Below are positions 17,401 to 24,123 of a stretch of DNA of 24,123 bases, in pieces. The stretch is taken from contig JAHHIM010000051.1 in NCBI GenBank assembly GCA_019358915.1, positions 1-24,123 of the forward strand, written 5' to 3'. The stretch's first letter is position 1. Each line of letters opens with the position of its first letter. Position numbers and translations under genes: made by a program. The notes below the pieces were generated by a model. The model was not told where the DNA came from and made no database searches. It saw nothing but the letters and a program-made list of their open reading frames with translations. The stretch is from Trichormus sp. ATA11-4-KO1. Its GTDB lineage: Bacteria > Cyanobacteriota > Cyanobacteriia > Cyanobacteriales > Nostocaceae.

Positions 17401-17474
17401 AAAATCGTACCGTTGTTATCTGCCGAGAAGATTGGTTAAGGTTTGGAGGCAAAGCCGCTTATATTGCAAAATAA
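14406..17474 (+). CDS. Replication protein: N-terminal bifunctional primase-polymerase (AEP) domain plus DUF3987-like helicase domain
   Basis: WALTPVNGNKQPY, YGLRTG, LAIDADG (DxD), QSVLPPSVHPETGQYNW, then VVANSGSLKT (Walker A-like), HRDEWAGF (Walker B-like) and GEFARWLF. AAGGAGG at 14391 supports ATG 14406; the ORF is open from 14373. Confidence 0.88.
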   Translation: MISSSSRIHSPNNSPSKHSAQEQSHNPADKLLTGLEVLPQEWALTPVNGNKQPYRENWQNEQPITREKLIAMIKSGLPQGYGLRTGKWSVGILAIDADGQAAHEKLNQLGELPKTVAFTSGKPGRCQYLVRVPKEYWSVVKTQKINTGVKGENGKDQLLEFRWTGCQSVLPPSVHPETGQYNWVNSPEDCEIAQCPTWVIELFQTTAKATETFSHSYSTGDIPLYECLSKDDRALIDNGTGEGERDDKGAKLARNLIGTAIRLNHLGHRFEGEPRTLLDIYCSRCTPPLSNLDADRIWKSAEKSNPTATLSDDYLNNCIKAWHRQQTQEKSSKGNPANANNSNVIPHPAARLTSDELVKEINALIDSECSQSEVKVKLGELSARSNNRKVVDIYNARLKEREQAFEREMATKQLPTLLEAQKARLNPNQVLWGDGGKLASLMDSVAEAMPVSPELLLTTLFPVAASTIGTSSRLVVNPATGYTVTPIFWTCVVANSGSLKTPAQQVIIKPLNKLEALEYDKWQQAKDDYKQQLKRCAKGDELPDEPAPRKRFIIQGCTAEARMKIHGENRKGILYHRDEWAGFITGRNKYRAGKGDDSQLDLSEFNGEALFKDVVDSDKCIYLERSAISRTGNTQPEVLKQFQSQQNFADFAGEFARWLFCLRESPVAYIDLFKDNDGTGQQLEQEFIRLYKALGSLPEHDYFLSDKAKEIYQAYQHKLMHWLQAEEHPGLKNTYPKFQTYLGRFALWLHLVNAVLAGESTPQQFINGQIMAVACRVIDFYLAQARLLYALNSDQQALAGNLLKIKEYIDKHPEGVAVRQIKAGIKAMQKVPSSEIEQDCQSLVRTGVIKQVAKQYIPNPSTNVDLGGQTLTPGQHSQSPNLYGLKETVDFVDQFQNNSENQNYLEEHLNKNEKTDSIEILVNTGQQNSETTSQQEVDPVVPESTTGQQSVNTGERFKKGDRVVFHEGDKNWHKGTIKNCIYESGYFVQATIEYYAFKKNRTVVICREDWLRFGGKAAYIAK
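16995..17261. repeat. Iteron-like GTTGAC/GTCAAC cluster inside the rep gene 3' end; candidate origin
   Basis: GTTGAC at 16995, 17070, 17079, 17214 (GTTGTC at 17223); GTCAA(C) at 17169, 17179, 17234, 17245, 17256; A-rich stretch 17086-17167 between opposed pairs. Confidence 0.6.
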
Positions 17475-17494
17475 CTTGGACTAACCTCACCGGA

Positions 17495-18247
17495 TTACCT
17501 TGCACCTCGTTTTTGATTGGGGTCAGTGCCCAGACGCTTTTCTACCCGCTGTAATTTGACATTGGTATAACCAGTACGCTGCCAAATCGCTCTCAAATAT
17601 GTATCGATATCGTCCGAGATTTTTACCGGAATCAATTGATTGAATAGAAAGAAAATCGACAAAGTAAATAACGCGGTAAACATCCCCATCGTTCCATATT
17701 TTGCTACTGGTTCAGAGCGATAAACCTCTTTTTCTATCGTGATGGGTTTCGGGGGGTTCTTCTTCAACTCCTGAATAGCCGTAGTCAAGTTCTTCGTGTG
17801 AATCAACAGGTCGTTCCAGTTCGACTTTAACTGCAATACTTCGCTCTTTAGCCCTTTTAACTCTAAGCTCTCTAACGTCGTTGAGGGTTTGCTGATACTC
17901 TGTAACTGCTCCTTTAAGTGAGTCAATTGCTGCATCAAATCGGCGTTGTTCTGCTCGTACTCGTTCGAGGAGAGATTCTGATTCTTCAATTCCCCCGTCA
18001 GCATCTCGATAGTCACCATCGCTTTGCTCAGGAGTTGATTCTGAATTAAATTCGTTTGCGCCCATGCTTGTAACTCCGCCCTATCTTTTTCACGTTCAGT
18101 TCTCTGTGATTGCTTAACATTTTCAAATTCTTTATACAATCTGCCCAGGGCTATCTTCACCTCGCCTAGTTCCGTGGGTTCAACTAAATTGGTAGTTGAG
18201 TCAGGGCTATCGTTGTGATTACCGTTGCTGTTACTGTTGTTGCTCAT
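17495..18247 (-). CDS. Coiled-coil protein with C-terminal TM helix (TraM/StbC-position gene)
   Basis: Long heptad region followed by MGMFTALFTLSIFFLF; third gene of the operon, overlapping the ATPase gene. Confidence 0.75.
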   Translation of the reverse strand: MSNNSNSNGNHNDSPDSTTNLVEPTELGEVKIALGRLYKEFENVKQSQRTEREKDRAELQAWAQTNLIQNQLLSKAMVTIEMLTGELKNQNLSSNEYEQNNADLMQQLTHLKEQLQSISKPSTTLESLELKGLKSEVLQLKSNWNDLLIHTKNLTTAIQELKKNPPKPITIEKEVYRSEPVAKYGTMGMFTALFTLSIFFLFNQLIPVKISDDIDTYLRAIWQRTGYTNVKLQRVEKRLGTDPNQKRGAR

Positions 18248-19052
18248 TGGTTTTCTTCTGACCCCGGCGAGAAGTAGATGCAGTAATGGATGCTTTCTTT
18301 GAAGTCGTAGTGCTTGAAGATGCAGCTGGTTTTACTGATGGTTGTTGCAACCCCAAATAAGGAGCAGCCTTTTCAAGCTCTGGTTTCGCTTGATCTAAAA
18401 ACCCACTCACTAGTAGATAATCCCCAAAAGGAAATCCATTCTCTTCAGTTGCAGCCGAGTAAGGCAGACCTTTCTCTATCAACGTGTCAAAGGTCGAGTA
18501 GTCTAGCTCTGGCATTTCTATTTCTATACCTTTTAATTCAGAAATCGCCGTCCTAGTTTTGCTCTGATCCCAGCGCTGAAAACCTGAACCTTTATCCCAG
18601 CAAAGATTTTTCACCACCACATAATCAACTTTAGCGTCACAAAAATCAGCCATTGTTTTTAAGCTAGTGATCACCGAATACCCAAGGTTTAATACAGTCA
18701 CTAGCGTTACCCGATACCCCAAATCACCTGCAATCTTGAATAGCCCAAATTTACTAATAATCTCCCTAGTTTTGTTGCTTGATGCCCCTGGCATATCTAC
18801 TATTACTGAATCTGGTGATTCCGCCTTCATCTCGGTAAAGAAGCGTTTCGCCTCTGCCACTTCCAGAAAGTTCAATAGTCTGACTCCATTACCAAAGTTT
18901 TGATAATACTCATACAGTTCTGGATTTTCTGTATCGGCATCATAAGCTAGATAATTAATTCCCTTCGAGTGAATTACATCCAACAACAAACGAGTAAAGG
19001 CAGTTTTACCTGTACCGCCCTTACCCCCCAAAATCATCACGATACGTTTCAT
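18231..19052 (-). CDS. TraL/StbB/MobD-like P-loop ATPase
   Basis: ILGGKGGTGKT, YDADTEN, IVDMPG, YVVVKN; second gene of an operon divergent from oriT/mobC. Confidence 0.82.
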   Translation of the reverse strand: MKRIVMILGGKGGTGKTAFTRLLLDVIHSKGINYLAYDADTENPELYEYYQNFGNGVRLLNFLEVAEAKRFFTEMKAESPDSVIVDMPGASSNKTREIISKFGLFKIAGDLGYRVTLVTVLNLGYSVITSLKTMADFCDAKVDYVVVKNLCWDKGSGFQRWDQSKTRTAISELKGIEIEMPELDYSTFDTLIEKGLPYSAATEENGFPFGDYLLVSGFLDQAKPELEKAAPYLGLQQPSVKPAASSSTTTSKKASITASTSRRGQKKTNEQQQ

Positions 19053-19516
19053 AATTCACTCCTATCAGTGACATTGAATTGGGAATTAGTCTTAGTGGCC
19101 GCTTTCCGTCCCTTTGCAGTTGTCGCTGGTGGTGTCGATGATTCTTCACCAGTATCTACTGGTGAATTTGATGGTTCTACTGCTGGGGTATCATCACTAG
19201 TTGCGGTGGCTGATTCGGTAGATGCCGATTCATCAACTACTAATAATTCATTACTATCCTGATTGGCATTTGTAACTAAAGCCTTTTTATAAAAACTCTT
19301 AATTCCACTAGCAGCTAGTTCTACACCATGTCCCTTAAAGACCTCGGCAATATCCGAATAATCGTAGCCAGCATCCAACATATCCTGAATTGGTTTAGCT
19401 AAACTTTTGATTAAATCTGACAGACTAATAGTTTTAGGAGTTGCCGCTTTTTGTTTAAGAGTTGCCTGAATATCTTCGACTTTTGATAAAGGAACAGCTT
19501 TCGGTTTACGAGGCAT
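19049..19516 (-). CDS. TraK/StbA-like oriT-associated DNA-binding protein
   Basis: LAKPIQDMLDAGYDYSDIAEVFKGHGVELAASGIKSFYKK helical core plus a disordered tail; ATGA-coupled to the TraL-like ATPase. Confidence 0.7.
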   Translation of the reverse strand: MPRKPKAVPLSKVEDIQATLKQKAATPKTISLSDLIKSLAKPIQDMLDAGYDYSDIAEVFKGHGVELAASGIKSFYKKALVTNANQDSNELLVVDESASTESATATSDDTPAVEPSNSPVDTGEESSTPPATTAKGRKAATKTNSQFNVTDRSEL

Positions 19517-19524
19517 ACATAAGA

Positions 19525-19674
19525 AGGGTGTAGGGTATGGGGTGTTGGGTGTAGGGAATTCACATCGATTAACCGTTGAGGTTTAAACCATGAAAGTGAC
19601 GGAGCAGGGTGTACGAAAAAATAAATGATTTTCTGCACTTTTCACTACACCCCACACCCTACCCCCAACACCCT
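19525..19674. repeat. Inverted pair of STRR-like heptamer tandem arrays
   Basis: AGGGTGT AGGGTAT GGGGTGT TGGGTGT AGGG (19525-19556) and the complementary ACACCCC ACACCCT ACCCCCA ACACCCT (19647-19674). Confidence 0.85.
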
Positions 19675-19799
19675 AGTTTTGAGTGGTAACAAATTAATCC
19701 ATTGTAAAAAAGTTGTGGCCGCATAAACTTTAAGTTTTTTGTCTTGATGTGACGAATATCAAAAAAAAAGAGTTTGTAACCTCGTGAGGTAGACTAGTC

Positions 19800-20190
19800 T
19801 AAAAAAGTGATAACGGCTTGAATCACGCCCTTAGTACAAAGGGCATGAGCAGCATTACCAAGTAGACCCAGCCCTCGGTTACCCCGAGATAATTACAGAG
19901 GGTCATTCGTGGGTCGCCTGAGTCTCGCACTCTCCCATCTCCTCGTGATGCTCCGTGGTTCATGTTGCCCCTATCCTGTCGCGTGGGACTAGGACAAGCA
20001 ATACGCCGTAACGCGCCTGACGGCGCTCTTTACCTGCGGTAAAGCGGCGTGATTGCTTGTTGGGGGTGTCCCCCAAACCCCCTTTTAACAGGTATTTTCG
20101 AGGGGTAAATGAGTCAGTAAGTTCCGACTTATTCGCCTACCTGCTCGGCGCAAAGCGCCATTGCAGCTACAGCGAATAAGTCGGTGATAA
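19800..20190. other. Probable oriT region with multiple hairpins
   Basis: Intergenic between divergent traKL-like and mobC/relaxase operons; GC-rich inverted repeats; CCTATCCTG (19970-19978) resembles the RP4 nic motif. Confidence 0.65.
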
Positions 20191-20224
20191 ATAAAGAGTT
20201 ACATAATTAAACACCTTATTATTT

Positions 20225-20650
20225 ATGCAACCAGACCCCCGCACCAATCTAAGTAATGAACTAGCGCTAGCCTTAAATAATCGCTCAGTGTCACCAGATG
20301 AAAAGCGGGAGATAACTATTACATTTAGGTGTAGCTCTGCCGAGAAAGCTAGGCTAGAGCAGCGGTGCAGTGGGGTAGTGCAAAGTGACTATATAAGAGC
20401 AAGATTATTTGATTACCCTTTACCACATCCTAAGTTAATCATTCCCGAAGTCAACCGACAGGCTATCTACGAGCTAAAGAAGATTGGTAACAACCTGAAT
20501 CAGCAAACTAAAGCCATTAACGAAGCTGTGAAAATTGGTAGCCAACCGTTGACTAACGAGGTGAAATCATATCTGAGAACTATTGAAGAACTGACAGCCC
20601 TTTTAGAACAGACTCGCCAATCACTCACTCAAGCATCGGTAGAGGGTTAG
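20225..20650 (+). CDS. mobC: MobC-family relaxosome accessory protein (RHH)
   Basis: ITFRCSSAEKARLEQR...SDYIR and ELKKIGNNLNQ signature; directly upstream of the relaxase. Confidence 0.92.
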   Translation: MQPDPRTNLSNELALALNNRSVSPDEKREITITFRCSSAEKARLEQRCSGVVQSDYIRARLFDYPLPHPKLIIPEVNRQAIYELKKIGNNLNQQTKAINEAVKIGSQPLTNEVKSYLRTIEELTALLEQTRQSLTQASVEG

Positions 20651-20654
20651 CTAA

Positions 20655-22328
20655 ATGATTACCAAAATCAAAGCTAACAAATCATTTCGCGGCACTACTA
20701 AATATGTGCTTGAGAAAGAGAAAGCCCAAATTATTGGCGGGAATATGTACGGGAGAAGTGCTAATGAACTGGTAGAGCAGTTTACCCTATCAGCCCATCT
20801 TAACCCCCAACTAAAAGACCCCTGTTATCACCTAATGCTATCAGTACCGAAAACTGATAGAACACTAAATGATGATGAATTGGCTAATCTATCCCAGCGC
20901 CATTTGGCATCGGTCATTGTATTATCGCGGCTTCAAGGTGATGAATCCCAAGTCAAACAACCATCAAAAAGGATAACTGACACCAAACTAAACCAGCTAG
21001 TTGATGAATTTATAGAATCAGAACTACCAGCTTATGACTTCTTTATAGCCCGACATTCTGATAAAGAACATGACCACACCCACATCGTTTCATCTAGAGT
21101 TAATAACCTCGATGGTAAATCCATTCGTACCTGGAATAATTATGCCTACTCTGAACACTCTGCCCGACTACTAGAGCGAGAGTTTCAGCTAACCCAAGTC
21201 CTCTCCAGTTGGGAGAGTAAACGCAAGGCTATGACCCGTAATCAACTGGAACGGGTCGAGCGCGATGGACTTCCAGGCGAAGAAATAATGCGCCGAGCTA
21301 TTGAGCAAGTGGCAGCAGTTCAACCCACAATGCCCCAACTAATTGAGCGTTTATGGAGAGAGCATCAAGTCAAAGCTATCGTCAGTTATTACGGTCACGG
21401 TGGAGTAAGGGGCGTTAAGTTTGGTATTGATATTGGCTCAGTTAATGAAGATGGTTCGCCCCGACTCCTATGGAAACAGGGAGGTAATCTCAATAAATAT
21501 AAGTGTTCTTTCAGCAAACTTCAGACAGAATTAGGCGTAAGCTATGACCCCAAACGAGATGATGCTGAAATTCAACGCCTGACTAAAATGTTAGAAACTG
21601 CTCAACTTATGGCAAATAATCAGCAGATACTCAACTATACATTATCCACTAAAGCTATAGATAATCTCCAAAACTCTGCTAATAAATCTGAATCAATATC
21701 TGAAATGAAATCTTCCCTAACCTCTGAGCAAGCATTGGAATTATACAGGCACTACAGTACTGGCTCCGAACGTGAATTAGTCACAGATCGAGATAAATCA
21801 GTTGCAGCCAAAGCTCTCACCGATGGTCAACCTGCCCATGAGGTTGAAGAAATTTTAAAAGCCAGTCCTGCCTTGTGGAGCGAATCAGAAGCTAGAGCAT
21901 TGGTGTTAATTGCTGAATCAAACCTGGGACTACAACAACTGAAATCTCAATTATCACCCACAGAACAACAGCAACTCAGGCAGGAATTGTTAACTGTAGC
22001 TGTGCCTATCGCTGTGGGAATAACTAATAATATTCTCAAAGATAGTGGTGAAGATAGTTTGAGATTTAAACAATCTACTCTGATAAAACAGGGTAAAGAA
22101 TTAGTGTATACACATGATACAAGGGGTGAAATATTTCGTGTAGAGGTTAATAAAATTCATCAAAATAAGTTAGAGTATTCACCAATTCATGTAGGAGAAG
22201 TATTGAGAGAAGATATTGACCTTTGGCACAAAGCATCAGAGGTATTATCAGAATACCTCCAGGAGACACAACCACTTCAACAGACACAGCACGTGAGTGA
22301 AACAAGGAGTAGAGGATTGTCTTTGTAG
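20655..22328 (+). CDS. MOBP-type relaxase/mobilization nuclease
   Basis: Motif I SFRGTTKYVL, motif II CYHLMLS, motif III RHSDKEHDHTHIVSSRV (HUH); tail SRGLSL. Confidence 0.93.
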   Translation: MITKIKANKSFRGTTKYVLEKEKAQIIGGNMYGRSANELVEQFTLSAHLNPQLKDPCYHLMLSVPKTDRTLNDDELANLSQRHLASVIVLSRLQGDESQVKQPSKRITDTKLNQLVDEFIESELPAYDFFIARHSDKEHDHTHIVSSRVNNLDGKSIRTWNNYAYSEHSARLLEREFQLTQVLSSWESKRKAMTRNQLERVERDGLPGEEIMRRAIEQVAAVQPTMPQLIERLWREHQVKAIVSYYGHGGVRGVKFGIDIGSVNEDGSPRLLWKQGGNLNKYKCSFSKLQTELGVSYDPKRDDAEIQRLTKMLETAQLMANNQQILNYTLSTKAIDNLQNSANKSESISEMKSSLTSEQALELYRHYSTGSERELVTDRDKSVAAKALTDGQPAHEVEEILKASPALWSESEARALVLIAESNLGLQQLKSQLSPTEQQQLRQELLTVAVPIAVGITNNILKDSGEDSLRFKQSTLIKQGKELVYTHDTRGEIFRVEVNKIHQNKLEYSPIHVGEVLREDIDLWHKASEVLSEYLQETQPLQQTQHVSETRSRGLSL

Positions 22329-22460
22329 ATATTGCAGGAGAATTACTTGAGTTGTGGTAATAGTAGTCTAGATGAATTATTGAGGTTTGATTTAGAAAAT
22401 ATCACCAAAATATTTTTTAGTTTCACGACAGATGTCAACTACATATTGAAGAATTTCAGC

Positions 22461-23138
22461 ATGAAGATTACTACCGATACACAGCATTTATCATCAAATA
22501 ATCAACCTATAACGCCGACGGATTCTCTACAATATCGTGCAATTGGGCGGCTATGGGGAAGATATGTTCCTTCCCAGGAGCTGATTTATAAAGGTCAGCT
22601 GATAACTGTTGACGGTGTAATACTGAATGCTACTCTCAAAAAAAGAGCATCGAAAGTAGTTCAAGCTCAACTTGATTTATCACAAAATTACTTGTGGACT
22701 GTTTACCCTAGAACATTATTAGAAACCTCTGGCATAGGACTAGATGTCAGTTTAATAAGTGTGAGGAAACTATCGGAGTCTACCGAATCAGTTCAGGCGG
22801 AATTTCAGTCACTAGCTGATAATTTTTCCGTTCAAGGTCTTGTCGTATATCAGGATTTTAACTCAGGAATAGTAGAAGTCAAGATTCAACAAATGCCTCG
22901 GAGTATATGTGATACTCCCAAGGTTTTTAAACTAAGGCTCTTCGGATTTTTACCGCCCAATTCGGTGAAGTGTTTCTGGAATTTTCAGGTGCGCCGTGTG
23001 GGGACTGACTTAGTAATTCAATCAGGAGAATGCATTAAATATATGGGTGCTAGGCAAGCAAAAACTGAAAATTTATCAACAACTACACCATCAAATACCT
23101 ACGAGCAAGCCGAAGTTAATTTAACACAACAGGCGTAA
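22461..23138 (+). CDS. Conserved cyanobacterial-type hypothetical protein (beta-rich, two-repeat)
   Basis: QYRAIG, LWTVYPRT, FSVQG, VKIQQ, FKLRLFG and FWNFQV motifs recall a cyanobacterial hypothetical family (from memory). ATG 22461 preferred; the ORF is open from 22332. Confidence 0.7.
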   Translation: MKITTDTQHLSSNNQPITPTDSLQYRAIGRLWGRYVPSQELIYKGQLITVDGVILNATLKKRASKVVQAQLDLSQNYLWTVYPRTLLETSGIGLDVSLISVRKLSESTESVQAEFQSLADNFSVQGLVVYQDFNSGIVEVKIQQMPRSICDTPKVFKLRLFGFLPPNSVKCFWNFQVRRVGTDLVIQSGECIKYMGARQAKTENLSTTTPSNTYEQAEVNLTQQA

Positions 23139-23223
23139 TCATCACCAAATCAAGCCCAAATTCTGAATCTGTTATTGCTCATTTCCTTAATTCCAAAGAG
23201 TGTATCCCTGCAAAGAATCAGTT

Positions 23224-23892
23224 ATGCCCAAACGTAAATCCAATCAAACGAATAGTTCACCATCACAAGAAGTAGTCACGCCTCAAAAACCAGCTATTGT
23301 ACGTGTCGTCAAGCAAGAGACTACTGCCACATATACTAATACCCCTGCACCATCTGAATCATCATCAACCACCGCACCAAAAGAAAATCAAAATAGTGTA
23401 CCTGAGTTGCACGTAAATAATAACCAGAGTCAAAGCAAAGAAGAGGAATCATCAAACAGTACCTCTGTCTCTACTCCTGATCCTCTGTCCCCACAAACGA
23501 ACGCAGCAATAGACTCGTCTGACTTGACATTAACAGCAGAAATGGCAACAGTTAATGTAGAAGAATTAACTCAAAACTCTTCAAGCGAAGCAATAGAATT
23601 AGCACAACCAGAACGAGAAAATAAACAACCGCAACTAGAGAAACGAATACCACCATATAAAAAATTAGAGGCAGTAACTAACTGTGAAGGACAGACTTTT
23701 ACTGTTGGGGATGAGATCCAAGTGAGTACCTCTAACTTTGGCTCACAACAGGCTGTAATTACGTTCTTATATTCAGTCCCAGATGGAAGTATTTGGGCTA
23801 GTTATTATCCTTTGATTAAAGACCAATGGCGGCGTGGTTGCTGCCGGATTGAACATTTGAACAAGCTTTCGGAAAATATAAGCAATAGTTAA
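23224..23892 (+). CDS. Hypothetical protein: disordered S/T/P/E-rich N-terminus and small SH3/KOW-like C-terminal domain
   Basis: Low-complexity region followed by FTVGDEIQV...QAVITFLY...DGSIWASY. ATG 23224 preferred; the ORF is open from 23200. Confidence 0.7.
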   Translation: MPKRKSNQTNSSPSQEVVTPQKPAIVRVVKQETTATYTNTPAPSESSSTTAPKENQNSVPELHVNNNQSQSKEEESSNSTSVSTPDPLSPQTNAAIDSSDLTLTAEMATVNVEELTQNSSSEAIELAQPERENKQPQLEKRIPPYKKLEAVTNCEGQTFTVGDEIQVSTSNFGSQQAVITFLYSVPDGSIWASYYPLIKDQWRRGCCRIEHLNKLSENISNS

Positions 23893-23991
23893 CGGTGTAA
23901 ATAGCGATTTTATTCATAAGTTGTTGTGAAGCGATTTTGAAGAATCAGCGATCACTGAAGGCATCAAGATTTGCTCATTGTAATATGGGCA

Positions 23992-24118
23992 TATATATGT
24001 TGCGGCTCGCAAACATAAACGCTCCGGCTTGCAAACAAGAAAATTGTTGGCTCACATTAATTGCAAACAAGAAAATTGTTGGCTCACATTAATTGCAAAC
24101 AGACTCATTATTATTTGC
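23992..24118 (-). repeat. Right terminal inverted repeat containing two perfect 32-bp tandem repeats
   Basis: TTGCAAACAAGAAAATTGTTGGCTCACATTAA at 24029-24060 and 24061-24092; reverse complement of 1-128. Confidence 0.95.
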
Positions 24119-24123
24119 AATGG

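Noticed and set aside
412..19262. Short ORFs antisense or out of frame within longer genes (e.g. 412-609, 1528-1848, 5273-5610, 9326-9946, 14645-16310, 17712-19262) and ORF 13842-14078
   Set aside because: These are shadow ORFs of well-supported genes or of regulatory DNA, with no motifs or RBS support.
19411..19638. 75-aa minus-strand ORF
   Set aside because: It reads through the heptamer repeats (LHPTPHTLHP) and overlaps the traK-like gene out of frame.
24029..24101. 32-bp repeats as a CRISPR array
   Set aside because: The repeats are directly tandem with no unique spacers, and no cas genes are present.

Overview
This window looks like a complete or near-complete ~24 kb mobilizable plasmid of a cyanobacterium, probably a filamentous one. 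The host call rests on HIP1 GCGATCGC sites and STRR-like heptamer repeats. The backbone has a Prim-Pol/DUF3987-type replicase with iteron-like GTCAAC repeats inside its 3' end, a type Ib parA/parG pair with 8-bp-phased parC-like repeats, and a FimB-like tyrosine recombinase. It also has a MOBP relaxase with mobC, a structured oriT region, and a divergent traKLM/stbABC-like operon. Cargo genes are a GNAT, a DUF1016 nuclease, an orphan OLD-type TOPRIM protein, a VapBC45-like toxin-antitoxin pair and an ApeA-like HEPN protein. Three features stand out. (1) A tightly coupled 7-gene operon (9280-13549) encodes membrane and coiled-coil proteins ending in a membrane-anchored FtsK/HerA-type ATPase, divergent from an XRE regulator; it may be an undescribed DNA transfer or spreading system. 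(2) The two window ends are ~128-bp inverted repeats of each other with helically phased internal motifs. (3) A pair of inverted dif-like 11-6-11 sites brackets the GNAT gene like a pdif cassette. All family calls come from motif recognition by eye, not from database searches.
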